Positions 49,616 through 62,083 of a stretch of 64,000 nucleotides of DNA are shown here, one piece after another. Origin of the DNA: Scyliorhinus canicula (lineage: Eukaryota); NCBI RefSeq assembly GCF_902713615.1, contig NC_052149.1, positions 71,103,443-71,167,442 on the forward strand, written 5' to 3'. The notes below the pieces were generated by a model. That model was given only the letters and a program-made list of their open reading frames with translations, had not been told where the DNA came from and ran no database searches. The position numbers were made by a program, and so were the translations under genes. How positions within the stretch are numbered: position 1 is the first letter of the stretch; each line of letters opens with the position of its first letter.

Positions 49616-51284
49616 GCTGCCTGCATCCACTATCCTGCTCACTTATACCCCTTGACCTTGTGGCCCCATCACTTTGCCCTGATCTATAGACTCCAATGTG
49701 GCATTACCCTATTTCTGTAATCACTTGCTACCCATCTGCAGTTTGAACTGCCTGTCCTTCCATTTCATACCACCTGTTCCTTCTCCTCTAACAGTAGTAA
49801 AGCCTGCAAGCATCAAACTGTGGTCCTCTGAAACTTTTATTCCAAATCCCTCAAATTTGCTGCAACTTTTACCAGCTTCAAAATTCTCTTCAAACTAAAG
49901 TTGAATTATACAATACCGAATGGTCCACTGGTCTAACTGCACTATTCTTTTACTTATCTGATTTGGGTTTGAAATAAGCCCAGATGAATGAAATGAAATT
50001 CTTTCCTCTGTTGATGAATGGGTGTCAACCTTGGCTCTAGTAGCATCAGTCAAGGTCAAAGGTTCACGTCATATCCCAGAGACTTGATAGCAAGTGCAAT
50101 ACTGAAGTTGTATTGTACTGCTGAAAGGTGCTATCTTTCAGATGAGACGCTAAAGTAAGGTGCTGTATTGCAAAAAGATAGAACAGTCCAGCACAATACA
50201 GGCCCTTCGGTCCACGATGTTGTGCCGACCATGACTGTCAAAAGTATTGGATAGTACGGTGGAAATGTCACAAAATTATTAATAGCTTTGCGGAAGAATT
50301 TCATTATATTAAAAAAAATTATTCTAAAATGAAAAATAATTGGCAACTGAATCTTGAATATTATAAAATGGCTGTACACTTCTATGTCTCGATTGCCTTT
50401 ATTGTTGTTTTTCTCCCCTTGATGATTTTCCTGAATCCAGCGCATGGTTTGAAGACCCTTCAATACCTCACTTAAATGGTTATTCTTGATTTGAGCCGAG
50501 ACATTGAGTGCTAATAGAGTACTTGATCATGAGCACCTGAGCTTGCCCTTCACCAACATTCAAGTTCAGATTTATCATTAGGAATCACTGGTCATTATTT
50601 GCAAAACCTTGTTGATTTTCTCCAACTGCTCCCCTGCCTGGGAATTAAATAGCACTTTCTCAAACAACTGAAAATCTTGGAAATAATCAGTTCTGGCAGC
50701 ATCCATGGGAGAGAAACATGTACGGTTTTAGGTTGTTCTTTCATCAAATTGTTGAAGGAAAGTGGAATATTGAAAGGGGTAGAGCAAGTAAATGATATTG
50801 GGCCAAGGAACTGAAATGTCATGTGTGCTAAAACACTTCGAAAAGGCTTGTGAAATTAGGGAAAGTGTTGACGTTAAGCTGTCGTGGGAGTACAGAGAAT
50901 GGCAAACAAAGAATGTATCTGTCAGCGGAGTAAAATAAATGAAGTAGGATGGGGTGAGTTCACCAGAGTATTACAGGAGGGAAATAGTGATTTAAAATGT
51001 ATATACCTTTTGGGGTGTAACTAGGTAGATATTGCCCAGGCAATATTTTCTTCTGATCATCGAATTCCACTTGAAAGCCACAATTGAACCTGCGGTTATA
51101 GGGGTGAAACACATGCAGACACGGGGAGAATGTGCAAGCTCCACACGGACAGTGACCTGGGGCTGGGATTGAACCTAGATCCTCAGCGCCGTGAGGCAGC
51201 AGTGTTAAGCACTACCCACCCCACCGTCCTGCCCGTCCTCCAGATCCTAACCAATGACTGCATTGAAAAAGTTTCCCTCATGGG

Positions 51285-52270
51285 TTTTCCTCAGAAAGGT
51301 AGCATGGATAATCCTGGAAACTATAGGTTGGTGATCCCCACGTTGGTAGTAGGTAAATTATTGGAGAGAATTCTCAGGGACAGGATTTATACCCATTTGG
51401 AAACAAATGGACTCATTAGCGATAGCATGGTTTTGTGAAGGGGAGGTCATGCCTCACCAACTTGATCGAGTTTATTGAGGAGGTGACAAAGATGATTATG
51501 GGGAGGAAGATGGATGTTGTTTACATGGACTTCAGTAAAACCTTTGACAAGGTGCCTCGGTACAAAAGGCGAAGTCACACGGAATCAGAGGTGAGGTGGT
51601 AAGATGGATACAGAACAGGCTCGGTCACAGAAAGCAAAGGGTAGCAGTAGAAGGGTGCTTTTCTGAGCTGAAGGTTGTGACTGGTGGTGTTCCACAGGGA
51701 TTGGTGCTGGGACCACCATTGTTTATAGTACACATAAACAATTTGGAGGAAAATGTAGCTGGTCTGATTAGTAAGTTCGTGGATGACACCAAGGTTGGTG
51801 GAGTGGCAGATAGTGTTGAGGATTAGGTTGGAGGCTTGGGCAGAGAAATGGCAAATGGAGTTTAATCCGGACAAATGTGAGGTAATGCATTTTGGTAGGC
51901 CTAACATAGAGGGTAAATGGCAAAACTCGTAGAAATATAGAACATCAGAGAGATATGGGTGTGCAGGTCCACAGATCTTTGAAGGTGCAACACAAGTGGA
52001 CAAGGTAGTCAAGAAAGCATACAGATAATTTAGTACTGAGATGAGCCATTTCTTCATTCAAAAGGTTGTGAATCTTTGGAATTCTCTACGCCAGAGAATT
52101 GTGGATGCTCCATTGTTCAATATATTTAAGGCTGTATTAGACAGATTTTTGGTGTTGCAGGAAATCGAGGGATATGGGGAGCGGGAGGGAAATTGTCATT
52201 TATGCAGAAGATCAGCCATAACATTGAGTGGTGGAGCAGGCTTAAGGGGCTGGAGGGTCTACTGCTGGCA
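51285..52270 (+). mobile_element. CR1 LINE fragment with internal deletion
   Basis: PGNYRLV..GKLLERILRD, GVPQGLVLGP, KFVDDTK. Confidence 0.85.
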
Positions 52271-55200
52271 TTTAAATGGTAAGAGCAGAGACTTTATTAA
52301 ACGATGGCTTGCAGACCATGAAGGTACAAACAAGAGCTTTACTGGAAAAATGTTTAACTCAACAGGCTGTTAGAATAGACTGACTATAGCCTGCCCAAAC
52401 TGCTGCTGATGTCATCAATGTCATGTGATCAGACTCTTATAGTGACCTTGTTCCAACTAGGAACAAACATGAATACTCAATACTCTTCCCACTTTACATG
52501 AGAGATCCCTGCAATGAAACACAATATGACATTATCAAAACTTACAATATGACAATAAATTAGACCATTTCGGAGGATGTCAATTTGTGTGTGCTTGTTG
52601 GCGAACCTCGGGCATCTGTGTTTATATTGACTGCAACAGGTTTTCGGTGTAGTTTGAACGTCGTCCATAGTTGTCTCCACTGGAGTCAATATAGTGTTTG
52701 GAGGTTGACTCAGTGTTGAAATGTCCTCAACTGGAGTACTGTCTTCCACAGTTGTTTCTGGAATTGTCAGGTCCTCAGGAATGTCTAGGTGTTCATTTGG
52801 CACAGTTTGTTGCGGAATCTCATTTGACTCTGTCTCTGGCAAACTAGTTCTAGTGGCTAAAAGTTAATCAACGTGTCTCTTCCACACTACATTATCCCGA
52901 GTTTGAAATGTGTAACAGGCAGGTCCTGTATGTGCTAAGACGGGGATAGGTATCCACTTGTCACTGGTGGTATAGATCCTTCGCAGTACTTCCTGACCTT
53001 CTGAAAAATATGGCGCTTTGCCCTGTTCTCGCATTGCAAAACCTGACTTAGTGTTTCCTTTCAATAATTTTGCATGTCCAAAGGAACTTCAGCAAATCAA
53101 ACGCTGTGCACGTAATTGCCATTTTGTCATGAATAACGCCGGAGAACTTTGGATTGTCGAATGTGTTGTAATCCTGTTTGTCATCAGGAATTGGCTTACG
53201 TCAGTGTCACCATGATCCTTTCTCATGAATCCCCTTCAGTGAATGCTTCATTGTCTGAACAAACTAGCCCGTTTGTGGCAGGATAAGGGGCGGATCGGAT
53301 GTGTTGAATTCAATTTTCCTTTAGTTAATTTGTGAATTCTTGCAAAATCAACTGTGGCTAACAAATGGTTCAGGGTAACCGAATCTTGCAAAAATTTCAC
53401 CTAGCCTTTCCATTGTTCTCTCGGAGGATGTAGTCTTCTTAATGGTGACTAGGCCATTTTGAATGTGCGTCTACCACAATGCAAAACATGCCGTCAATAT
53501 GGACTCTTTGCCATGGCCCTTCTGGCCATTCCCATGGATGTAATGATGCTAGTGGAGGCAGGTTTCAGACCTTTGCACAAGCTGAGCACATTCGCGGCAT
53601 TCTCAATTTCACCATCGAGCCCTGGCCACCAAAAATAGCTTCTAGCTATCTCCTTCATCCTTACTATCCCACAATGATCTGCAAGAAATTGGTTTAGTAC
53701 AAGCTTCCTTAACAGTGGCGGAATGGTGACCCTCGTTCCCCAGAGGAGACGACCAGCCTGTATGGGCAGTTCATGTCTTCGGGTAACATATGGCTTCAAC
53801 TCGCTGAACAAAGTACCATGTCCATAACTTCTGACAGTAGTGGATTATTTCTGGTATACGTAACTTGTCCTGCGGTTACAGGAGTGTTATCAACTTCTTC
53901 GAAATAGGAATTAATTCCCATTCAATATTCATTGACTCATTAGGTAAAGGTAATCTAGAGAGTCCATCCCATGGAGATTTGAATTATATTTTATCGTGTA
54001 TGTGCTGACAACAGCAAAGCCCATCTCTGCATCTGGCTCACTGCTAGCAATGGAATACCAGTGTGCAGCCCAAGCATCATTGTCAATTGTCGATGATCTG
54101 TTTAATTTCCTTCCATATTAGGTATTGGTAAAAACATTTGAATCCTAAAATGATGCCTAGAGCTTCCTTCTCTATCTATGCACAGTTCATTTCTGCTTTG
54201 TTCAAGAATCCTAATGTAAATACTATTGACTTCTCTTCACCATTGGGCATTAAATGAGAAAACACTGCTAACACCCATAAGGTGATGCGTCACAAGCCAG
54301 TTGCAAGGGTAACTGCGGATCAAAGTGAGTCAGGACTTCTGACTTTAGCCTCATTAGCTTGTACAAAGCCTTCTCAAACTGATCTACCAACTTAAATTTC
54401 CTGTTTTGACACAATAAGTTGTGTAAACACTTAAAAATATTTGCTAGATTAAGGAAAACCTTCCAACTAAGTCCAAAAATGATCAAAGTTGATTTACCAT
54501 TTGAGGTTCAGGTGCGTCAGTTATAGTGATTTCTGCAGTCCCTTTGCATCCATGGCGTGCCCTGGACTTGTGGCAGGTATTCAATAGAAGATTTGAAGAA
54601 TTCACGTTTATCCTTCCTTGCCCTTAGTCCTTAATGTTCTAGTCTCTGGAGTGTAACATCTACATTTTGAAGATGCTCTTCATTCTTTCCACCAACTAAG
54701 ACATTGTCTAAGTAGCACTGCACTCCTTCTAGTCAGTTTAGAATTTGACCCATGGCATGTTGGAACAACGCAGGTGCAAGTGTGATGCCAAATGGAAGTC
54801 TTTTATATCTGAATAGCCTTTGTATGTCACGATTGTCAAATATTGTTGTGAATCTGTATCCACATTTATCTGGAGGTCAGCTTGACTAAGATGAACTTTA
54901 CTGAAATGCTGGCTTCCAGCTAACCCAGCAAATACTTCTTCTGGGGTAGTCCCTCAGGGTCGAGGATGACTTGATTCCACTCCAGGGAGGTGAGTCCTGC
55001 GGTGGCTGGTTAGTCCGATCCTGGAGCGCAGACTCTGCCACAGGTTTGGCAGGTGGTGCTTGATGAGGTGGGTAGGTGGGATGTTTCGGCTTCAGCATTC
55101 TCGTTCCTCTGTTTACACGTGGCTTCCTATGACCCTCTAGATGATTGGCACCTTCGCAGATGCTTTTTATCCAACTTGTGTGTTCCAAGGCAAGCGATTC

Positions 55201-55649
55201 ACATGGATCAGTGGAAATGTTGCATTTATTTAAGGAGGCTTTCAGAGCGCCCTTGTAGCTTTTCCTCTGCCCTCTGGAGCACTTCTTTTGGGAGTCTTGT
55301 GTCGAGAATGTGGGCAATGTGGCCTTCCTATTGCAGCTAGTCGAGTGTTGGGGCTCTTGGCCTGGGAGAAGACACTCACATTGGTATGCCTATCCTGCCA
55401 GTGGATTTGCAGGATTTTAGGGAGGCAATGCAGGTGATATCTCACAAAGGATTTGAGGTATCTGCTGTACATTGTTCATGTTTCTGATACATACAGGAGG
55501 GCGGGGATCACGGCTGCTCTGTAGTCCATTAGCCTGGTGCTGGGTTTGACGTCTGGTCTTTGAATATTCTGCTCCTCACCGTGGTCTGTGATAGGGGACC
55601 CCTCAACGATCCCTGTAACAGGGGGACTCTCCAGGGACCCCTGTAATTG

Positions 55650-56579
55650 ATTTATTTATATTTATTTTCCAATTAAAGGGGCAATTTAGCGTGGCCAATC
55701 CACCTAACCTGCACATCTTTGGGTTGTCGGGGTGAAACCCACGCAGACACGGGGAGAATGGATTGGATTGGATTGGATTGGATTTGTTTATTGTCACGTG
55801 TACCGAGGTACAGTGAAAAGTATTTTTCTGCAAGCAGCTCAACAGATCATTCAGTACATTGGAAGAAAGGGAATTGAACAGAATTCAAGAAAGTACATGA
55901 GAATACATAATAGGGCTACACAATATATACAATGTAACTACATAAGCATTGGCATCGGATGAAGCAGACAGGGTGTAGTATTAATGAGGACAGTCCATAA
56001 AAGGGTCATTTAGGAGTCTGGTGACAGTGGGGAAGAAGCTGTTTTTGAGTCTGTTCGTCCGTGTTCTCAGACTTCTGAATCTCCTGCCCGATGGAAGAAG
56101 TTGGAAAAGTGAGTAAGCCGGGTGGGAGGGATCCTTGATTATGCTGCCTGCTTTCCCCTGGCAGCGGGAGGTGTAGATGGAATCGATGGATGGGAGGCAG
56201 GTTCGTGTGATGGACTGGGCGGTATTCACGACTCTCTGAAGTTCCTTGCGGTCCTGGGCCGAGCAGTTGCCATACCAGGCTGTGATGCAGCCCGAGAGAA
56301 TGCTCTCTATAGTGCATCTGTAAAAGTTGGTAAGGGTTAATGTGGACATGCCAAATTTCCTTAGTTTCCTGAGGAAGTAAAGGCGCTGTTGTGCTTTCTT
56401 GTTGATAGCGTCGACATGAGTGGACCAGGATAGATTTTTGGTGATGTGCACCCCTAGGAATTTGAATGTGCAAACTCCACACTGCGAACTCCACACTGAC
56501 AGTGACCCAGGGCCGGGTATCGAGGCCGGGTCCTCAGCGCCATAGTCCCAGTGCTAACCACTGCACCACGTGCCGCCCT
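55650..56579 (-). mobile_element. HE1-like SINE inside the RTE, itself split by a Rex-Babar fragment
   Basis: SINE halves at 55650-55760 and 56464-56579. Confidence 0.85.
55761..56463 (-). mobile_element. Rex-Babar LINE 3' fragment with (ccaat)n tail
   Basis: KFLGVHITKNLSWSTH..KKAQQRLYFLRKLRKF; TSD gaatg (55756-55760, 56464-56468). Confidence 0.9.
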
Positions 56580-56812
56580 TACCGTGGATGTTGGGGGGGC
56601 AGTTTAGTCTAAGGCCCATTCTCTCGTATGCTTTGGTGAATGCGCTGACGATGGTTTGTAGCTTAGCCTCTGAATGTTCACACACACCGGTGTCGTGTGG
56701 TCACTGCAGCTCGGTGACAGAGGTTGGGATGGTCTTGGTTCTGGCCCAGAGATGGAGGTTGAACAGTTTCCCACTTGTCCGGTAGGTTAGTTCCACTCCA
56801 GTAGGGAGCTTC

Positions 56813-57890
56813 ATAATAATAATAATCTTTATTCTCACAAGTAGGCTCACATTAACACTGCAATGAAGTTACTGCAAAAAGCCCCTAGTCACCACATTCC
56901 GGCGCCTGTTCGGGTACATGGAGGGAGAATTCAGAATCGCCAAATTACCTAACAGCACATCTTTCAGGACTTGTGGGAGGAAACTGGAGTATCCAGAGGA
57001 ATCCCACACAGACACAGGGTGAATGTGCAGACGGCACACAGACAGTGACCCAAGCCAGGAATCGAACCTGGGACCCTGGTGCTGTGAAGCAATAGTGCTA
57101 ACCACTGTGCTACGTGCCACCCATGGTGACGAGGTAGAGTGTTGCTGCAAGGAAGATGGAGAAGAGCGTTGGTGTGATGATGCAGTCCTGTTTGACTTGT
57201 TTGCACTCGTATTGGGCCTCTGATGGTTCGTTGGTGAGGATTATGGCTTGCATGTCATCGTGGAGCAGGCGGAGAATGCGATGAATTTCTACGGGCAGCC
57301 AAATTTGAGGAGGATGCTCCACAATCCCTCATGCTTGACAAGAGTCGAAAGCCTTTGAGAGATCGAAGAAGGCAATATCCAGAGATTGATGCTGCTCTCT
57401 GCACTTTTCCTGGATCTGTTGCGCACTGATCATGTCCATTGAGCCTCTTGATGGGCAGAAACTCCACTGAGACTCCAGGAGGATCCCTTCAGCCGCTGGG
57501 AGGAGGCGGTTGAGGAGTATTCTCGCGATGACCTTTCCCGTGGCAGAGAGAACATAGAACAGTACAGCACAGAACAGGCCCTTCGGCCCTCAATGTTGTG
57601 CCGAGCCATGATCACCCCACTCAAACCCACGTATCCACCCTATACCCGTAACCCAACAACCCCCCTCTTAACCTTACTTTTATTAGGACACTACGGGCAA
57701 TTTAGCATGGCCAATCCACCTAACCCGCACATCTTTGGACTGTGGGAGGAAACCGGAGCACCCGGAGGAAACCCACGCACACGGGGAGGACGTGCAGACT
57801 CCACACAGACAGTGACCCAGCCGGGAATCGAACCTGGGACCCTGGAGCTGTGAAGCATTTATGCTAACCACCATGCTACCCTGCTGCCCC
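56813..57890 (-). mobile_element. Two more SINEs nested in the RTE (56813-57122 and 57549-57890)
   Basis: One 'gtgacaataaa'-tailed and one CR1-tailed HE1-like copy. Confidence 0.87.
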
Positions 57891-58394
57891 CAGAGTAGTG
57901 AAATGCCTCTGTAATTTCCGCAGTCGGACCTGTTTCCTTTCTTGAAGATGGTCACAATTAAGGGGCCTCTGAGATAATCCGGCATGCTCTCTTCCTTCCA
58001 GACAAGGGTGATGAGGTTATGTATTCCTGTCAAGATTGCCTATCCGCTGCATTTTAATACTTCTGCGGGGATTTTGGTGGAGCTGCCAGTTCAGGAACGC
58101 CTCACGCTTGCAGTCAAGGAGATCCTGGATCTCCTGACCATTCTTGTCAAACCAGTCTTTGCGTTTCCTGGTCGAGAGCACGAGCATCTTCTCACAATGC
58201 TGAATATGGTGGCTTTTAACGTGGACCAGGTGCTGTGGATGTTCTGCGGCTCTGTCTAGTTGATTGTCGCCAGGTTCTCTGTGAACAAATAAATCATAAA
58301 TTAAAGGCAGAGGGTATTGCTCTGCACACAGTACCGCTTTGGTAGTGATTTTAAAATAGCACCATACTTGTACTGAACCATTTTCGTTCATAAT

Positions 58395-59250
58395 AAAAAT
58401 AATAATAATAATAATAATAATAATAATCTTTATTATTGTCACAAGTAGGCTTACATTAATACTGCAAAGTCACATGAGGGGTCTTTTCTGTGGTTTAAAG
58501 TACAAGTTACCTACAAAAATAGCATTAGTCAATGTTGCTTTTAATTAGTTACAGTAAAAATCTTAGAACTTGAAATCTTCTTTTTAGTTGGTCATTATTT
58601 TTCTACAGTTACCAGTCTCTATACGGATCTTAACAAAAATGAAACATTATTTGTTGAGTTTTACACTGTTTGGAGTTAAAATAATAATAACATTTATAAT
58701 TAACGTATTTTAAAAAAAGGACTTTTGCAATCAGGGAATCAGTAACATTTCATAAATAGGTTGGAGAAATGTTGGAGAAATGATTGGCAATCGTGTAGCA
58801 CATTTCACCAATTTTGAAGTCTAGTCACTGTTATTATGTGGGAAAACACAGCAGCTAATTTTGCACAAACAAACAAACGAATAAGCAGTAAATTTCTTTT
58901 GGAGAGAACTCCCTGCTTGCTTTGAAAATGTGCCATTGGATGTTTTCCATTCACCTGAACAGGCAGATGGAGCCTGAGTTGAATTTCTCATCCACAACAC
59001 ACGACCTCTTAACACTGCAGTGAAGTTACTGTGAAAATCCCCAAGTCGCCACATTCCAGTGCCTGTTCGGGTATACTGAGGGAGAATTCAGAATGCCCAA
59101 TTCACCTAACAAGCACATCTTTCGGACTTGGGGGAGGAAACCGGAGCATCCGGAGGAAACCCACGCAGACACGGGAGAACGTGCAGACTCCGCTCAGACA
59201 GTGACCCAAGCCGGGAATCGAACCCAGGTCCCTGGCACTGTGAAGCAACA
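58395..59250 (-). mobile_element. HE1-like SINE in Gypsy pol, interrupted by a 542-bp foreign segment (58467-59008)
   Basis: Tail (aat)n..gtcacaagtaggcttacattaatactgca at 58395-58466 resumes as ttaacactgcagtgaagttactgtg at 59009. Confidence 0.82.
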
Positions 59251-60881
59251 GGGGGTGTGACCCAATCACTTACATTGATGGTTTGAGCACTGCCCTCTCA
59301 ACCAGCCTGTCTAATTCTGCCCTGACCTTGGGCCTAATGGCATACGACACTGACCTATCCTTTAAACATCTTGCTTGGCTTCCGTCCTTAATCTTTAGCT
59401 TTACTGAGCTCTCTTTCATGCTTCCCAGCTCGCCATGTTTCTTTAAAATCTTCAGTAGACCTCCTTCAGACCCGACATGAGTTTCACTTTGGCCCAATTT
59501 AGTTTGATTCACTCCAGCCAGGTTCTCCCCATTAGGACTGGATAGTTACCGTTGACGACGTGCAGGGACAAGTCTGCTATCTGTCCATTGCGCCTTCAAT
59601 GGCCAGTACGTTCAACAACAGTTTGTCATTGTCATTAAATGGCAGGAGAGGCTTGAGGGGCTGAATGGCCTACACCTGCTACTATGTTCCTGTGACCACC
59701 TCATCGGCAGTTTTCTTTGTGGTATTTTTAAAAGAAAGGCTTGCGGATCACGAAGGGAAACAAACAAGAGCTTTTATTGGAAAGGTGTTTACTCAATAGG
59801 CTGTAAAGTCAGACTGACCATTTGCCTGCGCAAACGGCTGATGACATCATCTATACATCACGTGATCGAACTTTCAAGGTAACAAACATGAATACACAGC
59901 ACCAGGCACGTAATGGATGGGAGTGTAGGTTTAGAACATATGGAGAAAAGGATATAACACATTTTGCATGAGATCCAGTTTATGGAGGCTGGAAACGGGG
60001 ACGTTTGGATAAGATGGCATTCATAGTTACGCACTGAGATGGTGATCACATGGAGAATTACAACAGTGATAGCAGTGGAACGGAAGGAAGGCACCGTTCA
60101 TGACCGAGCAAATTAAACTTGAATGATGTCAAGGTTCAGCATTGCTGATTGGTGAAGTCGGTGGGTTAAGCAGAGAGGCAGGCATCAGTTAAAGGGAAGA
60201 GAAAAGGATGGTTTTTACTTTAAGGAAATGTTCATGCATCAATTGCAAAATAAAGTGCAGCAACTTTAAGAAACTCAAAAGGGATCTTCGTTCAAGGTTC
60301 ATGGTCCTGTTTTGTGTGGCTAATGGTGAAGTGGTTGAAATCAAACAGCAACTGTCGTGATTTACAAAGTTGCTGTTTCCTTAAGTTGTTAAACTGTTGG
60401 CTGGAGAAGCCTAAAGTGTAAACCTCTGACATTATGAATTTTTAAAAGATATTCCAGGGTCATGCCTAATGGGAAGAAATGTTCACAAGTATTACCTCAT
60501 TGCATGAGAGCAAACATTCCTGATGTCACTGAAAGAAATCTACAAATCTGCTCCGAGACTGTCCACAGATAATTGTTTTACAGGTTGCAAACAATGTTCA
60601 AGGTCACTGAGATATACAGCTCTCTCACCTTTTACAACTCATTTTATGTACTCAGAACTTAGTTACATTACAGTTGGTCTCAAATGCTTATCCTTGCAGT
60701 ACAGTACCTGTGTAATCCAGTGAAAGACAAATTTGCAACCATCCTAAACTGTTACATGATGTTACGAAGATGGAAAAGAGCAAGAAGTGCTCCTTTTTCT
60801 GTAAAGAAAAACTTTTCCCGGGCAGTCAATCGTCAGCAGTATAAGCTCTCAAAATACAAAATGTTAATAATCGTGATCATC

Positions 60882-61412
60882 TCATTCCACAAGCGAACTG
60901 CAGTCGATTCTCACTACATCTAATGTCAGCTTCCCTCCGCAGGGGATTTCCGTTCTAGCCAAGGAAGGAAGAGGCATGAATGTAAAGGAATCTGCAAAAA
61001 AATCACCATCAGCCTCTTTAGTGTTGTCAGTAGCATGGAGAAAATTGGAGGGGATGTAACCAGTATTTTGGCTTCTTATGGAGTTGTTTGAATCCGTGAG
61101 GTCCGGGTTAATTTCCACAGAGGGCAATTTTTCAATGTATAAACAAGGGAGCTGGCACTTGTAATCCAGAATTCTCCCTTCGCTGTCCGCTGGTGAAAGA
61201 GCTCCAGGATTTAGTTCCTTGCTCTGGTGCAACTTACTAGCTGTGGACTGAATTAATAGGGATTTCAGGCTATGCTGTTCTTGGTCACCAATCTCTCTAT
61301 TGATGCAGAATTCCTGCTCGGGTGATATTTCCTCTACTTGTAGAGTCTCAGGATCTTCATAAGTGAATGTTGATCCAGTTTGGAAATCAGCATATGTTAG
61401 ATCCATCCTGTC
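60882..61412 (-). CDS. IL12RB2: IL12RB2 last coding exon (cytoplasmic tail)
   Basis: Minus-strand acceptor cacttttcttactgcag|GAC. Encodes DRMDLTY...YEDPETLQVEEI...GYIPSN...CGGKLTLDVVRIDCSSLVE*, matching human GYLPSNID (STAT4 site) and CGDKLTLDQLKMRCDSLML*. Synteny with SERBP1 supports it. Confidence 0.92.
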   Translation of the reverse strand, partial: DRMDLTYADFQTGSTFTYEDPETLQVEEISPEQEFCINREIGDQEQHSLKSLLIQSTASKLHQSKELNPGALSPADSEGRILDYKCQLPCLYIEKLPSVEINPDLTDSNNSIRSQNTGYIPSNFLHATDNTKEADGDFFADSFTFMPLPSLARTEIPCGGKLTLDVVRIDCSSLVE

Positions 61413-61855
61413 CTGCAGTAAGAAAAGTGAGCAAATTCAGAAACATATGCAGCTGTTGGTCACATTTCAAAAGTGGAACTAAGTACATTTTATCATTTTT
61501 TTTAGTGGTCCTTTTAGATAGCTTTTCCCTTTCCCCACCCTTACCTGGTCCTATAATTTTAAAAAGAACCCCATATAGGCTAGATGTTTGCAACCAAAAA
61601 GATGTGCTTCTCACAGGAAGGGAACTGCTATTTCCTTGCAATTGGTTGCCATGAAACAATAGAGACTAGGAAAGTCTGACTGATTTTCAGCTTATGATCT
61701 ATTGCCAATTTATGTTCCACACATTTCCAAAACAGCTGAACCAAAGGCTTCTATTATAATATGAGTGACAATCCAAAGGCTGCATACCACCCAGTGAGAG
61801 ATAGTGAATCTGGTTTAAAATCAAGACATTATTCTCCAGCTCATCAATCCCCTTC

Positions 61856-62083
61856 CTTTTAAAAAAAATGTAGAGTACCCATTTCTTTTTTTCCCAATTA
61901 AGGGGCAATTCCACGTGGCCAATCCACCCACCTTGCACATCTTTGGGTTGTGGGGGCGAAACCCATGCAGACACAGGGTGAATGTGCAAACTCTACGCAG
62001 ACAGTGACCCGGGGCCAGGATCGAACCCAGGTCCTCAGCACCATAAGGCAGCAGTGCTAACCATTGTACCACCGTGTCGCCCA
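61856..62083 (-). mobile_element. HE1-like SINE in the last IL12RB2 intron, ~15-bp TSD
   Basis: catcaatcc(c/t)cttcct on both sides. Confidence 0.87.

Larger units (their letters stand above)
54935..58285 (-). mobile_element. RTE (BovB-like) LINE inserted in the Gypsy RT
   Basis: IVTIFKKGNRSDCGNYRGISLL, CLPKILQIHWQD..TNVSV and a (gaa)n tail; TSD caaata at 54929-54934 and 58286-58291. Confidence 0.88.
52280..59898 (-). mobile_element. Decayed Gypsy LTR retrotransposon with both LTRs (~52280-52479 and ~59719-59898)
   Basis: Two diverged direct repeats (ggcttgc..aaacaagagcttt..ggctgt..gactgac..aacaaacatgaatac.ca). PPT agtgggaagagta; PBS-like ctgccgatgagg; RT YPLPLIYDLF|AGL; RNase H LACDASPYG; integrase HCGIVRMKEIARSYFWWP. 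gag appears deleted. Confidence 0.88.
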
